A stretch of 63,290 bases of DNA, the filler included, from Octopus bimaculoides (lineage: Eukaryota): the NCBI RefSeq assembly GCF_001194135.2. It is 5 parts of 4 records of this genome, joined end to end, with 100 filler letters (N's around TTAATTAATTAA, not from the genome) between each part and the next. Parts side by side here need not be neighbours in the genome. Positions count along the whole stretch, not along the records: positions 39,219 to 49,835 come from NC_068989.1; positions 49,936 to 61,508 come from NC_068987.1; 3 more parts are not named here. One strand, 5' to 3'. The translations under genes and the position numbers were made by a program. Shown here piece after piece: positions 39,119 through 52,049 of the stretch. Every line of letters starts with the position of its first letter. The first letter of the stretch is position 1. The notes under the pieces were generated by a model. The model was given only the letters and a program-made list of their open reading frames with translations, was not told the DNA's origin and did not search any database.

Positions 39119-42042
39119 NNNNNNNNNNNNNNNNNNNNNNNNNNNNNNNNNNNNNNNNNNNNTTAATTAATTAANNNNNNNNNNNNNNNNNNNNNNNNNN
39201 NNNNNNNNNNNNNNNNNNATGGAAGAAGACAGATAGATAAATAGATAGAAAGATAGATAGATAGACAGATAGATAGAAAGATAGTCACGTCAGAATAATA
39301 GTAGACTTACTTGCAAAAAAGGACGTGTGCGTTCAATAATGTAATAATACAAAGAATATATATACATGTATACACACATATATGTACATACTTACATCTA
39401 CATGTGTATATATATGCATATCAGGGTACAGGACGTTAGAACAATAAACTACAGACAACGGAACGAACACATAGGAAAACGGAAAGCCACTTGGAATATC
39501 CCTTCATCAGCTGTCTCTATTCTATCTAGACGTTTCGAAGATAATATGTCATGTTGTTTATATATAAGGAACTGTATTATTCAGTATAGGCTTCATTTTT
39601 ACGATTGGTAGAGTGTAATTTGTGTGAAATTTTGGCAGCTGTTTTTAGCAGGTTGTACAACCATGTATCAATCAGCTGCTTGTCAAACAAAACTGTCTGC
39701 CAATGAATTATTCTTGCTCACCCATTATTTTATGCTCTCAGAGTATGCAGCTGAACTAAGCAACCCAGCTCATTACTTTAGCAAAGTGCTTCCCTATAGA
39801 GGTACAGTGGGTTTTTGGTACCTTGTTGTGCCCAGGAGGACCCAAGCAGAAATGTTAAGGCTGCTCCCCACTGGTGGGGCAGATTGGCCTGCAAGAGTCC
39901 TGTGCTGATTCCACGTGAAAAGCACTCATGCTGGTGCCACATAACAGTGCCTGTGTGGTGCCATGTTAAAGGCACCCAACACACATTGTAAAGTGGTTGG
40001 CATTAAGTAGGGCATCCAGTCGTAGAAACCATGCCAAGTCAGATTGGAACCTGATGCAACTCACCTCCTTGCCAACTCTGGTCAAACCGTCCAGCCTATG
40101 CCAGCATGGAAAGCAGATATTAAATGATGATGATGAGGGGTGCTGATTAGAAGGTGATAGTTTACAAAGAAATTTTTTTATGTATATGCATATCAATATT
40201 GTTACACCTATCTAATATATAATTACATTGTGGAAGAGTCCTGATAGCTATTTTCTACACATTTACCATCGCATTTACCATCGCATTTACCTTAATTTTA
40301 TTTTGTAATCTAATTGGAATAGCTTTAGTGACTGGTTTACAGATGTACAGCAAGCAAAGTCAGTAATGTATATGTTTGTGTGTATGTTTGAGAGAGAGAG
40401 AGAGAGATTAACTCTTTCACAATGCATTTGTTTCAGTTTCAACATTTGCTCAGATCAAGTCACTTGCCAAACAAGTACAACTCTGAAATGTTTGTGTTTG
40501 TGTGTTAAACATATGACTATAATTGCATTTACATACATACACGCACGCACGTACGCACACACGCACACACACACACACACACACACGACCTATACTGTAT
40601 TGCTATTCTAGTTATTAATGCACTATGTAAATGAGTTGTGCTATTCGCAACTTTGTTTACATTCTCAGTAAATAGTTTTACATTTGGTAAACAGAGAAAC
40701 AGTGATCCCTGATGAATCAATTCAATCCCAAATCTAAGCTGCTGAATCCCTTGTGGTTTAACCATGGAGTCTAAATTCACAGCAGGACTAATATGTATGT
40801 AAGCTAATGTCCACCTTTACATATACCAACAGAGTGGTGTGGTTAGCAGAACCATCAGAGTAGTATTTCAGTATTCATTTTCTCCACCCATTTCTGTGTT
40901 CAATTCACACAACGTTTGACTTTGCTTTTCATTTCTCTGGTATGACAACTCTGCATTGGGACATCTGTGATTGGCTTCTATTTTTATTACTGCAAATTGA
41001 TAGGGTGGAGACAACTCAAACTATCCCAGGGGAACCTCCACAAAAGTACAAGTATCTATAAAATAAGTTGAACTTATTAAAATTAAAGATCCCTTTTTGT
41101 TTTTGCAGATTTATTGGCAGTCTTTTTTTTCTTTTAGTTATCTTATGTAAATACGACTTTTGTGGAGTAATATGCATTGATAAGGTGGTGAGCTTGCGGA
41201 ATCGTTAGTGCACAGCGCAAAATGCTAAGCAGCATTTTGTCCTTCTTTATGTTCTGAGTTCAAATTCCACTGTGGTTGATTTTGCCTTTCATCCTTTTGA
41301 GGAGTGGGGTGCTGATGAAATGAGTACCAGTTGAGCACTGGGGTCTAAGTAATCAACTTACCCCCCCCCCCCGAAATTGCTGGCCTTGTGCCAAAATTTG
41401 AAACCACTATACAAGATTTGTTCGGTTGAACTGATGACAACTCTCACTGGTACTTCATGTAGCAGGAAACAAAACAAAACAACAGAGAAAAAGGCATTGA
41501 TTTTTACGTTTGAGGCCTGCCCACACTTAAAGATGAGTGGCAAGTGGAATTAACCAACATTATTGCAATGAATGTAGCATAAATAATTCCAAAGACTTAG
41601 TCTTCAACGATACAACAGTGTTTTCTAATGAGCCACACATTTTGGATGGAAGCTTGTTGCATAAATTGGTATTCCCTTGTTCTTTATTAACTGGCATTGG
41701 AATGGTGAAAAGCAGTGTTAATTCCTGCAGGATGTGAACCCAGAAATATAAAGAGTTATAACTAAATACTGCAGCATTCTATTCTTTCTACCACTTACCG
41801 TCCTCATTTCTAACACATCACATGGAAAAATTTTTTGGAGGGAGACCATATTTGATTAATTTGTTCAAGGTAGTTGATTGATACTGCAAGCATGTTCTAA
41901 GTTCAAATCCTGCTGAGATCAACAAAGCCTTTCATGGAATAAGTACTTGTCAAATACTAACATTTATTTATTAGACCAACTGTACCTCTCTCCCTAAAAA
42001 ATATGGCTGTATACTTATGTGAGAAATCATTATATAATAACC

Positions 42043-42205
42043 ATCGCAGGAGTGGCTGTGTGGTAAGTAGCTTGCTTACCAACCACATGGTTCTGGGTTC
42101 AGTCCCACTGCGTGGCAGCTTGGGCAAGTGTCTTCTACTATAGCCTTGGGCCGACCAAAGCCTTGTGAGTGGATTTGGTAGACGGAAACTGAAAGAAGCC
42201 CGTTG

Positions 42206-42240
<35 letters not shown>

Positions 42241-42462
42241 GTGTGTGTATATGTTTGTGTGTCTGTGTTTGTCCCCCCAACATCATTTGACAACCGATGC
42301 TGGTGTGTTTACGTCCCCATAACTTAGCGGTTCGGCAAATGAGACCAATAGAATAAGCTAGGCGTACAAAGAATAAGTCCTGGGGTCGATTTGCTTGACT
42401 AAAGGCGGTGCTCCAGCATGGCCGCAGTCAAATGACTGAAACAAGTAAAAGAATAAAAGAGT
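42043..42462 (+). mobile_element. near full-length composite tRNA-derived SINE
   Basis: gcaggagtggctgtgtggtaag (A-box-like), ggttcagtccc (B-box-like), internal (AT)n, tail gactgaaacaagtaaaagaataaaaga. Confidence 0.9.
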
Positions 42463-42599
42463 ATCACCCATAGTGGCTTAGGTATGATCATGGGGTTTAA
42501 ATTTAATTCTTGTGCGATGTTGTGTTAATATCAAGAATCATTACTAACATGTTTATTTTTAATTTTATTTCCAAATTTCTTTTCTTTTTTTTTTTCCAG

Positions 42600-42649
42600 A
42601 TTTGACTGAGAAAGATGCCTATCAGTTGTTGCATACTTGTCTTGATGAA
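42600..42649 (+). CDS. PSMB2: proteasome subunit beta type-2, penultimate exon (50 bp)
   Basis: Long polypyrimidine tract + AG, GTAAGT donor. Encodes (D)LTEKDAYQLLHTCLDE, matching PSMB2 TISRERAVELLRKCLEE, and joins in phase 0 to the next exon. Confidence 0.88.
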
Positions 42650-43257
42650 GTAAGTATTTGATTATATTATACTCTGGGGGAATTTGTAACCATCTCCACT
42701 CTATGCTAGTATCCTGGGCTCGTAAATAAATGGATAGAATGGTAGACTGCGAAACTAGTTGAGAGAATTACCTTAGGTATGTCTTTTGCATAAAAATAAA
42801 ACAAACAAAAACGTTTAGTTTAGTGTGGTGGGAATGCAAATGAATATCCCAAAATATTAACATTGCTGTACAGAGGTGTGAGCAGTAAAGGCAAGGGAGA
42901 CAACTTCCAAACCCAAATTCACCGTACTTACGGAAGATACTACTGCCTTTTTTTAATGTGATTTTTTAAAATTAATTTGGATTTCAAAGTCATCTCTCTT
43001 GTTTTTTCTGGTAGAAATTATTATTAAATCTAATGATTTTTCTCTTCACCATGAATGTAATTTTAATTAATTAAACATTTTGCTTGTTGCATTTGTTTAT
43101 GTCAGCCTCACCAGCTTTAGTCGTTTTGATATCCACATGTTTGTGACTAGCCTAGATTCCATGTAACCAACCGAGATTCCATGCGTTCCCTTATTCAGTA
43201 CCTCATCCGACAACAGTCTTAATTCATATTGCTCATTGGTTATATGTTTGTCTAGAT

Positions 43258-43513
43258 AAGTGGTTCTCAATCAGAATTCATATGACCCTTGGAGGTCCAT
43301 TTAAGATTTTGCTGTTAAAATTTATGTGCAATAAATTGGTTCTATTTTTATAATACACTAAATATTTCAATAATTATTTTTATACAATTTCTGATAATTT
43401 TTAATTATAAAAATATAATAGGATTTTTTAAAACATTGAACGGGTATTAGGGTCCAGCAGACTGAAATTGGAATCAAAGGAGTCCATAGGCAAAACATGG
43501 TTGAGAACCACTT
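43258..43513. mobile_element. hAT-Charlie (MER5-like) MITE in PSMB2 intron
   Basis: TIRs aagtggttctcaa / ttgagaaccactt; 8-bp TSD gtctagat / atctagat (NTCTAGAN target). Confidence 0.9.
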
Positions 43514-44723
43514 ATCTAGATGCTGGAGGAGTAGTTTAGTTATCTAAGTTCTAAGTGGCAGTAACACTAGTAATACTGTTGAATATAAGGATTGGCTCCA
43601 TTGTAGTTCATGGCAGTGCCCTTTTATGGTAAGGAAATTTATTGAGAGATATTTTTGTATCCCATCTAATGTCATGCTTAAGTTATTAAGGGAATCATAA
43701 TAGTAAATGAGGGTTGCCTCTGTACTAGTCCAAGGGGGTAGCCAGAAAGTATTGATGCCTTCATGGGACCTGCTTGGGATTTTTATAGATTTAGTCTAGT
43801 ATCTCCTTTATATAGTATCTAATTTATCAGGGGTATAGTGGCAAATGGGCAGATAGTCATTGTAAGTACTGTTTGCCATGGCTAAGGGCTATTTTCTCTG
43901 TATCATATCAACCCTTTTGGTTGATACAGTTCAGAGCTAAATGAGTAGAAGGTTGTCAGTGGCACATTGATGCTGTCTGTGTGATACCAGTTAGGGCATT
44001 TAAATGATGGGGGATTTATTGTATTAGTGTCCAGGCTAATAGCTGAATGACTGCTGGGCCTATGTATTCAGTAAACTAACCAGCTGAAGGATGAGTTGGG
44101 TAGGTAAGATTGGTAGACATGCATATTACTATCCTCCACTTTGTAAGGTAGCTTTGGGGGAGACAGAGGAAATAAAAGAAGTGAACCAGAGTGAGAGGAG
44201 CGTGTGTGTTATAGAAGGGTGCAAGGGAGATTTAAGTGTAAGTATGTATGAAAACAAAGATGAAATAGCCTTACTTGGAACATCTGCTCAATCAAGGTTG
44301 ACCTTGATGGAGGTTAAATAGCAACATGTAAATAATCTTTTGGTATTTTACTAAGCTGTTCCAAATTGTTAATTATTGTTAATTCTTAATTCCAAAGTGT
44401 TAATTACCATTTCTTCTCTCTGGGCTCTACCTCCCCCCACCTTCCCACAAGTTGCTTCCTAACCTTCTGGTCTCAGGTTCAGTCCCACTGTGGCAACTTG
44501 GGTAAGTGTCTTCTACCATAGTCACAGGATGATCAAAGCTTTGTGACTGAATTTGGTAGATGGAAACTGAAAGAAGCTTGTTATTCTGTGTGTGTGTGTG
44601 TGTGTGTGTGTGAGTGTGAGAGTGTGTGAGAGAGAGTGTAGCTTTATCATGACATCATATCATGGTTGTGTACAGTTATCACCATCATAGAAGCAATGTT
44701 GTTCATTTCAGTCTTCTGCTTAA

Positions 44724-46019
44724 CCCTTTCGTTACTATATTTCTGACCAAAATACACCCCTCATGAGTTTCGATTAAATTCTAAAATAATCATGAATTTA
44801 GACTAGTCTCATTAAACACCTGTAACTTTTTTATTTATCAACATATTAATGTGATATTTGGAACATAATTAAAGAAAGGGTTCTTAATCAATTCTATTGC
44901 ATAATTTTTGTCTCNNNNNNNNNNNNNNNNNNNNNNNNNNNNNNNNNNNNNNNNNNNNNNNNNNNNNNNNNNNNNNNNNNNNNNNNNNNNNNNNNNNNNN
45001 NNNNNNNNNNNNNNNNNNNNNNNNNNNNNNNNNNNNNNNNNNNNNNNNNNNNNNNNNNNNNNNNNNNNNNNNNNNNNNNNNNNNNNNNNNNNNNNNNNNN
45101 NNNNNNNNNNNNNNNNNNNNNNNNNNNNNNNNNNNNNNNNNNNNNNNNNNNNNNNNNNNNNNNNNNNNNNNNNNNNNNNNNNNNNNNNNNNNNNNNNNNN
45201 NNNNNNNNNNNNNNNNNNNNNNNNNNNNNNNNNNNNNNNNNNNNNNNNNNNNNNNNNNNNNNNNNNNNNNNNNNNNNNNNNNNNNNNNNNNNNNNNNNNN
45301 NNNNNNNNNNNNNNNNNNNNNNNNNNNNNNNNNNNNNNNNNNNNNNNNNNNNNNNNNNNNNNNNNNNNNNNNNNNNNNNNNNNNNNNNNNNNNNNNNNNN
45401 NNNNNNNNNNNNNNNNNNNNNNNNNNNNNNNNNNNNNNNNNNNNNNNNNNNNNNNNNNNNNNNNNNNNNNNNNNNNNNNNNNNNNNNNNNNNNNNNNNNN
45501 NNNNNNNNNNNNNNNNNNNNNNNNNNNNNNNNNNNNNNNNNNNNNNNNNNNNNNNNNNNNNNNNNNNNNNNNNNNNNNNNNNNNNNNNNNNNNTTTCAGA
45601 ATCGCTGCTTTCAGTTTCGGATACAGAAATATCCGATTCATTATCGTTCACCACGTGCTTTTGTACCTCATTCATTCTTTTCTTCGATATCTCCATATCT
45701 TCTGTTGAAAAACCTTCAAATTCGGAATCACTGCTTGATAGCATGAAACTCCTTTCCATCTTCAAAGTTGAAAAAATTAACGCCGCAAAAAATGTGGAAA
45801 AAAAATCTTCCAAAATTCACTGAGTTCAAATATCACGCCAATCAATGTCGGAGACAATAACTCAACTGTTTGCAAAGTGAAATCAGGTGTTTTAACAAAT
45901 GTACTAATGAGATTTGGGTTCAAATATACATTTAAATAACAATGGGTACGCTTGGCCGGTTACGGCCGGGTTAGTCTTATGAACCAAAAATTTTTTCGGC
46001 CGGGTTAGTAACGGAAGGG
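44724..46019 (-). mobile_element. piggyBac-type non-autonomous element in PSMB2 intron (contains gap)
   Basis: TTAA TSD at 44720-44723 and 46020-46023; TIRs ccctttcgttact / agtaacggaaggg; minus-strand acidic N-terminus SSSDSEFEGFS...NESDISVSETESSDSE. Confidence 0.85.
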
Positions 46020-46316
46020 TTAAAACATGACTGGCCATAGGAAATATTACCTTGCTTGGAAACAGGACAGGGTTGGCAACAAGGCGGGTATCCAGCTATA
46101 GAAAATCTACCTTAATAAATTCCATCTAATCCATGCAAGCATGGAATAATGTAAATTGAATGATACGAATAATATTAATACAGCTTATCTCCCGTTTCTT
46201 GTATGACTGGAATGATGACAGATAATTCTAATAAATATTTCTACTTAGTTTCTTTCTATGTTTTTGATTTACTTGCTATTTCTAACAATATTTTCTCATT
46301 GTTCTTTATTTTCCAG

Positions 46317-46424
46317 TTACAAAAGAGATTTGTAATCAATCTGCCTTCATTCCATGTTAGAGTTATTGACAAGAATGGTATACGGGACCTACCGACAATT
46401 CACTTAAACATAATAGATAATTGA
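46317..46424 (+). CDS. PSMB2: proteasome subunit beta type-2, terminal exon
   Basis: ttctttattttccag acceptor; [35 protein letters not shown] vs human [25 protein letters not shown] (from memory). Confidence 0.93.
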   Translation, partial: LQKRFVINLPSFHVRVIDKNGIRDLPTIHLNIIDN

Positions 46425-46474
46425 TTCTCATAGTTGTATTTTCTATTTCTTTCATTTTCCACACGTCCACTGAG

Positions 46475-46500
46475 AATAAACAAATGTTCATAAAAATAAA
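46475..46500 (+). terminator. candidate PSMB2 polyadenylation signals
   Basis: AATAAA at 46475-46480 and 46495-46500, shortly after the stop codon. Confidence 0.5.
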
Positions 46501-46859
46501 AGTGTTTTATTCAATGATTGGTTCAAGTTGCAATCCTACTATGCAGTTAGGCAAAAATACACAAACCATTTTGATACAAAGCTTATTGATGTTTCTATTA
46601 TCAAAACTTTTAAAAAGTATTATATAAAATTCAGTAAAAAGATATCTGTATGTCAATATTCATACAAAAATATGTATTTTTGAAGAGATTGACTTTTTTA
46701 AAAAATTATTTCTAGCTTGAAACTGGCAGACTGATAAATCTGTTCAGTCTTATAATGGTTAAATGCTAGTGTAAATTTTCTAAACTCTATATTAAGCATC
46801 ACTCATGAAGGATTTTGTGTTAACAAAAAAATTATAAATATACTTCGAGCATGGCCGTT

Positions 46860-47225
46860 GATCATTACCAACATCACCTTCCTGGCACTTGTGCCAGTGG
46901 CACGTGAAAAGACATTCGAGCGAGATCGTTGCCAGTACCAATGGACTGGCTCCTGTGCAGGTGGCACGTAAAATACACCATTTCAAGCGTGGCCGTCGCC
47001 AGTACCACCTGACTGGCCCTCGTGCCGGTGGCACGTAAAACACCCACTACACTCTCAGAGTGGTTGGCGTTAGGAAGGGCATCCAACTGTAGAAATTCTG
47101 CCAAATCAGATTGAAGCTTGGTGTCGCCTCCTGGTCCACCAGTCCTCAGTCAAATCGTCCAACCCATGCTAGCATGGAAAGCGGAGGTTAAACGACAATG
47201 ATGATGATGATGATGATGATTATTG
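46860..47225 (+). mobile_element. SINE with short gtggcacg tandem domain and (GAT)n tail
   Basis: Same family as 6465-7460: three gtggcacgt(a/g)aaa units, then gagtggttggcgttaggaagggcatcc. Confidence 0.8.
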
Positions 47226-48346
47226 ATTCTTGAAGTTATGAAGAGTATCCTGCTGTAGAAACCATGCCAAAGCAGCACAGTCCTTGACTTGCCAGTTCCT
47301 GTCAAACTGTCCAACCCATGACATCATGGAAAATGTATATTATACAATGTGATGATGATGATAATTTGCTTTTGTTTTTTTTTAATTTTGTATTCAATAC
47401 TTTGCAGAGAAAATAAGTATGCCTTACCTAAAGAAATGTGTAATACATTGTATATTTGTACTTTGACTGTCATCTGTAGATTTCAGTATATATTTTGAGA
47501 TTTTATTGAAATCCTTGTTGATTGTTGCTTAAAATTGGTTTTAAAATGTTTAGAATATTAGAATATTCATTGTTAATAAATATATTTCTGCCTTAATCCA
47601 GCATACAAATGCTTGCAACCTGAACCCTGTACTTTTGTTTGTTGTAATTTCAATTTTATTTGAAGTTTGACCAATTGCCATTGGACAGGGAGGAGAAATA
47701 TTTAGAAGGACCACTGGCTGAATCTGTTGGATAGAGAAATGAAACTAAAGAAAATATTAGCTAAAGAACTGACTGCACATCAGCAATATAGCCATGTCTG
47801 TTCTATTATAGAAATGTGGTGATCATGTTTTGGGGAACTTAACAGGTCAAGTTTGAAGGAAACAATTGAGTGCCACTGGTGACATTTTGAACTTTTGAAC
47901 CAAGTTATCTTGAAGAACTGAAACTGACTCTTGTATCAAGTCGTCTATAATGAATTGGAGCTTATTGATAGCAACATGTATTAATTTAAGCTTCAAACAC
48001 CAGCTTAGTAATGACAAAGTTATTTAAATAAATTCTTCATTATTTTTAGAATTATCTGAATCAAAAGGCAGTTTATTTCAACAGAAATAAGGTCACAAAA
48101 GGGTTAATTTGAGGAGTATAAAATAATTGATTAGAAATACATGTATGATGAAGAAAAGACATTAGCTCAGTGACCAACCTCCTCCTTCCATTAGTTAGAT
48201 TGATCTCAAGCCGTCTGTATTCTTATTGGAGTTACTGCCCTTCTAGGCAGGAAGATGAAATGTAGTTTATGAGTTTATGAAGTTCATGTCTTATGCATAT
48301 ATTCCATTTTGGCATGGTTCTTACAGCTGGATGTCCTTGCTATAAC

Positions 48347-49372
48347 CAGTGGTGGGCTTGGTTCTGCTAACAACTAATTAGTGAAGCTAACTTTTCCTTT
48401 AGCAGATTAGCGTTTGTGCTAACTTTGGAAACTGTTAGCGGACCAATTAGCTTCAGCTAAATTTAGTTCCACTAGTTTTAAGCCTGCTAACAAAATTCAT
48501 GTTTGTTCCTGTCTGTTGTGGGTGTGTCTCAAAGAGTCTGTTAGGCATGCTATTGGCTGACTATGTGTACATGTGACCAGATGTAATTGGTCGATGCAGC
48601 AGCAGTCTAACTGAGCAGCATTGTGTTATTCTCCAGTTTTGAGTTGTGTTCGCTCACAACGTTTTTCACATTACAGATAGTCTTACAGTACCAGCAACAG
48701 CAGTGTATGTTATTGGCTTATCAAGTTAATACTTATTGTTATGGAAGGTGAAGACGTTTTTGGCCTGAGGATGAAGGGCTTGTTGAGGAGTCTGCAGTGG
48801 CTGTGAGTGAGGCAGAAGTTGCTCAGGAGTCTCAAAACTTGTGGCCCCACATGGGGGACTAATCTGTCCTTGTGTCAAGAGATAAGAGGAACTCCAAAAT
48901 GCTGTCCTTCTGGTGTGTCATGTGCCAGCTCAAGGAGACTACCATCAAGGGACAAGTGGTGAGCCTCTACAGCTTGAAGTCGCATGTCGAGAAGAAACAC
49001 CCAATGCATGACATCCAGTTTGAGGAGAGGATCAAGGCTGGCTCTTCCTGTGGGAAACACAGACAATCTTTTAGTAGCAGTGTCAATAGCCAGTCATCAC
49101 AGCCATGTGCAAAGAAAGCATGCCAGCCCGGTATTGGCGAGGTGTTAGCCCAAACTGCTGATTCTCGTGTCCATCAGTCTATGGTGTACAGAAAGATTGT
49201 AGACCTGTTTGTCAACAACATAGTACCGCTGCATGTAGTGGAGTCCCCCACCTTGGTCAGACTGATCAAGACACTGAACCCTAGCAAGACATCAATGTCC
49301 CACTGCACTCTAGGTGAGTTGATCTTGGCTAGTCATATACAACTGGTAGAGTATCTTACAAGTTATTTATAA
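48347..49372 (+). mobile_element. hAT transposon 5' portion with BED zinc finger ORF
   Basis: Left end cagtggtgggc with repeated gctaac subterminal motifs. ORF 48872-49372 has CVMC...LKSHVEKKHP (BED) and VPLHVVESPTLVRLIKTLNP...S (Hermes-like DNA-binding domain). No catalytic core. Confidence 0.85.
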
Positions 49373-49959
49373 TCAAAATTATACAAGATTAAATTATTAT
49401 TATGGCGTACTTCATATAATTATTTATTAAATAATTATTTTCTTAATTAATGTAATAAAATGTATAATAGCTAATTGAGATAAATGTCATAATATATAAT
49501 ATACGGTGAATTTTCTTTCTTTTTTTCCTTTTTCTTTTCTTCTTTTCTTCCCTTCTTGTCCAACGTACTATCTGGTAGCGTCCTAATCTCCATCGGTTTT
49601 TTCAAATAAATTACGTTATAACCTTCTCCAACTATAGTTCTCATATTCGGTTATAATGTCTTACGTTTAAGCTGGTTTCCATACATTTCCCTGATGAGAA
49701 GTTTACATTTCTAACATCGTTGATTCCTATGGATCGCATAAATTGTAATTCTTTGAAACATATGTCGGAAATTAAAGTATGCAATTAAAATATGCGTTTT
49801 ACTCCATTCTTTAAATTTATATATACTCAAATACCNNNNNNNNNNNNNNNNNNNNNNNNNNNNNNNNNNNNNNNNNNNNTTAATTAATTAANNNNNNNNN
49901 NNNNNNNNNNNNNNNNNNNNNNNNNNNNNNNNNNNATATATATATATATATATATATAT

Positions 49960-50830
49960 AAAGTGGGATTTATGAATATATAGTACGCGCTTAGTTTCTC
50001 TACGAGATCGTCATGTCCACGATCAAGGGCGCTGAAAAGAGGGTCAGCAAGTTCCAGCAACTGTCTCAGAATCCGATCCATAATGACCTAAGCAGGCAGA
50101 AAATTAACCTGAATGGTATTATCCATAAACGAAGAAATCATGCTGAACTGTGCAAGGGAGGCACTGTAATACAGGGTATCCTATGAAGTAAAAGACTCTC
50201 AGTCTGAAATGAAATTTAGGATAAATAAGAAATGGAGAACAGCATATATCATGGATCCCAGAAACTCATGGTTAAGAAACAGAGTGTTGGTGGATTCAAT
50301 ACCTGTAAAATGGTCGGTTGGGTAGCAGTATAACAACTCACTTTGATGTAGTTCAAATGAAGTACAGAAAAAGAAATGAAGTAGTGGTGTTGGATAAAGT
50401 GAAGTATGCTAGCAATAGTGTTGCTATGAGGCAACAAGATGTCTAGGTAAGATATGAACAGGCAACAAGCGTAAAATAATTGAAAGTCTGAGCTTTGGAA
50501 AAGGGGGGCCTTATCGGATGAAATTCCTGATTCACGGAATCTATGACGATTGTCGAGTCCAACGTTTTCGAGTCCCGCTAGGCTGGCAGGCTTAGTCGCT
50601 AGATTGTCTTCTGTGCCTGAACAGCGTGTCCTTGAAGCTCATTGTCATCGGCTGTCTCGAACGTTTAAGTGAAGGTCACTGCCACCTCGAGAGAAGAGAA
50701 GGGAATGTTCTGATGTTGGAAGTATGTCGAACCACATGTTATGGTCAACATATGAGATCATTGAGACAGGATGGTGAAGTTTCGAAATCTATTCCTTCGT
50801 CACCGCTTTTAACAGGGGTCAGCTGGTGAG
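49960..50830 (-). mobile_element. possible Penelope-like 5' region
   Basis: Hammerhead-like motif at 50773-50804 upstream of degenerate minus-strand coding-like sequence. No diagnostic domain seen. Confidence 0.35.
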
Positions 50831-52049
50831 ACGTCGTGTGTTTCGTAAAGATATCTGTGAAACACATTTCTCACCTCATCTCCACACTAATGTATTGCGG
50901 CTTCAATATCCAGCCATTCAGTGACATAGACCTGGCTACTGAAACTTCACACACGTAATAGAAGACTATTTGAAATACAACAGACATTGTCAATTTCGAT
51001 TTTTATAGATATGTGTTGTTTCACGCAGAAATTGCCTTTTTACACTTTTACTGTCTCCAAATAACACAATCCATGTAGTTTGAGATTATTTCAATGACAT
51101 GTTATGACTACAGACACCCGACTTGTCATTGGTAATAATGTGTCTCGCTTGTAAAACTACACTTTGGAGATACTAAATTTTTCAATATTTCACTTTGTTG
51201 TGTAGTAGTCTAGCTTCATCACAAATAATTGACAGTTAAGCCACAAATAAGGCTTTGGAAAATCGCTTCTTTCTTTAAAAAAAAAAAAAAAGACGTCGAC
51301 ATTTACCATTCTGTGAATAGAAATAATATAGAAGCGCTATTGCCTTGATTACAGCAGACAATGAGAAACCAAAGGAATGAAATAGTAAAATTTTCAGTAA
51401 TTAAATTACTTTCCTTTTAAAATGTGGGAGAGTATTGTGGCAATATTTTCATTATACAACACCCATTACTTTCATTATTTGGCTCGGCTATTTTACGCTG
51501 TAAATTTCTGAAAAAGTTTTGTCGTTAGGCAGGTCTATGCTATTACATTTTGGATACTCGTGACTTTAATTATCAGGATCGAGTAAATGACTACAAAATA
51601 TTTTGGACTGAAAATGGGGAAAAAAACACACNNNNNNNNNNNNNNNNNNNNNNNNNNNNNNNNNNNNNNNNNNNNNNNNNNNNNNNNNNNNNNNNNNNNN
51701 NNNNNNNNNNNNNNNNNNNNNNNNNNNNNNNNNNNNNNNNNNNNNNNNNNNNNNNNNNNNNNNNNNNNNNNNNNNNNNNNNNNNNNNNNNNNNNNNNNNN
51801 NNNNNNNNNNNNNNNNNNNNNNNNNNNNNNNNNNNNNNNNNNNNNNNNNNNNNNNNNNNNNNNNNNNNNNNNNNNNNNNNNNNNNNNNNNNNNNNNNNNN
51901 NNNNNNNNNNNNNNNNNNNNNNNNNNNNNNNNNNNNNNNNNNNNNNNNNNNNNNNNNNNNNNNNNNNNNNNNNNNNNNNNNNNNNNNNNATATATGTATG
52001 TATGTATGTATGTATGTATATATAGAAATATAAAAATATACAAGGTGTA

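Noticed and set aside
39624-39908. ORF as an upstream PSMB2 exon
   Set aside because: Only superficial LFLAG similarity; it lacks the YMDYL and HGYG motifs.
41537-41737. HILDGSLLHKLV motif reminiscent of invertebrate transposon-derived proteins
   Set aside because: Too short and degenerate to assign; no termini found.
42043-42110. tRNA gene
   Set aside because: Only A/B-box-like SINE heads; no intact cloverleaf was evident.
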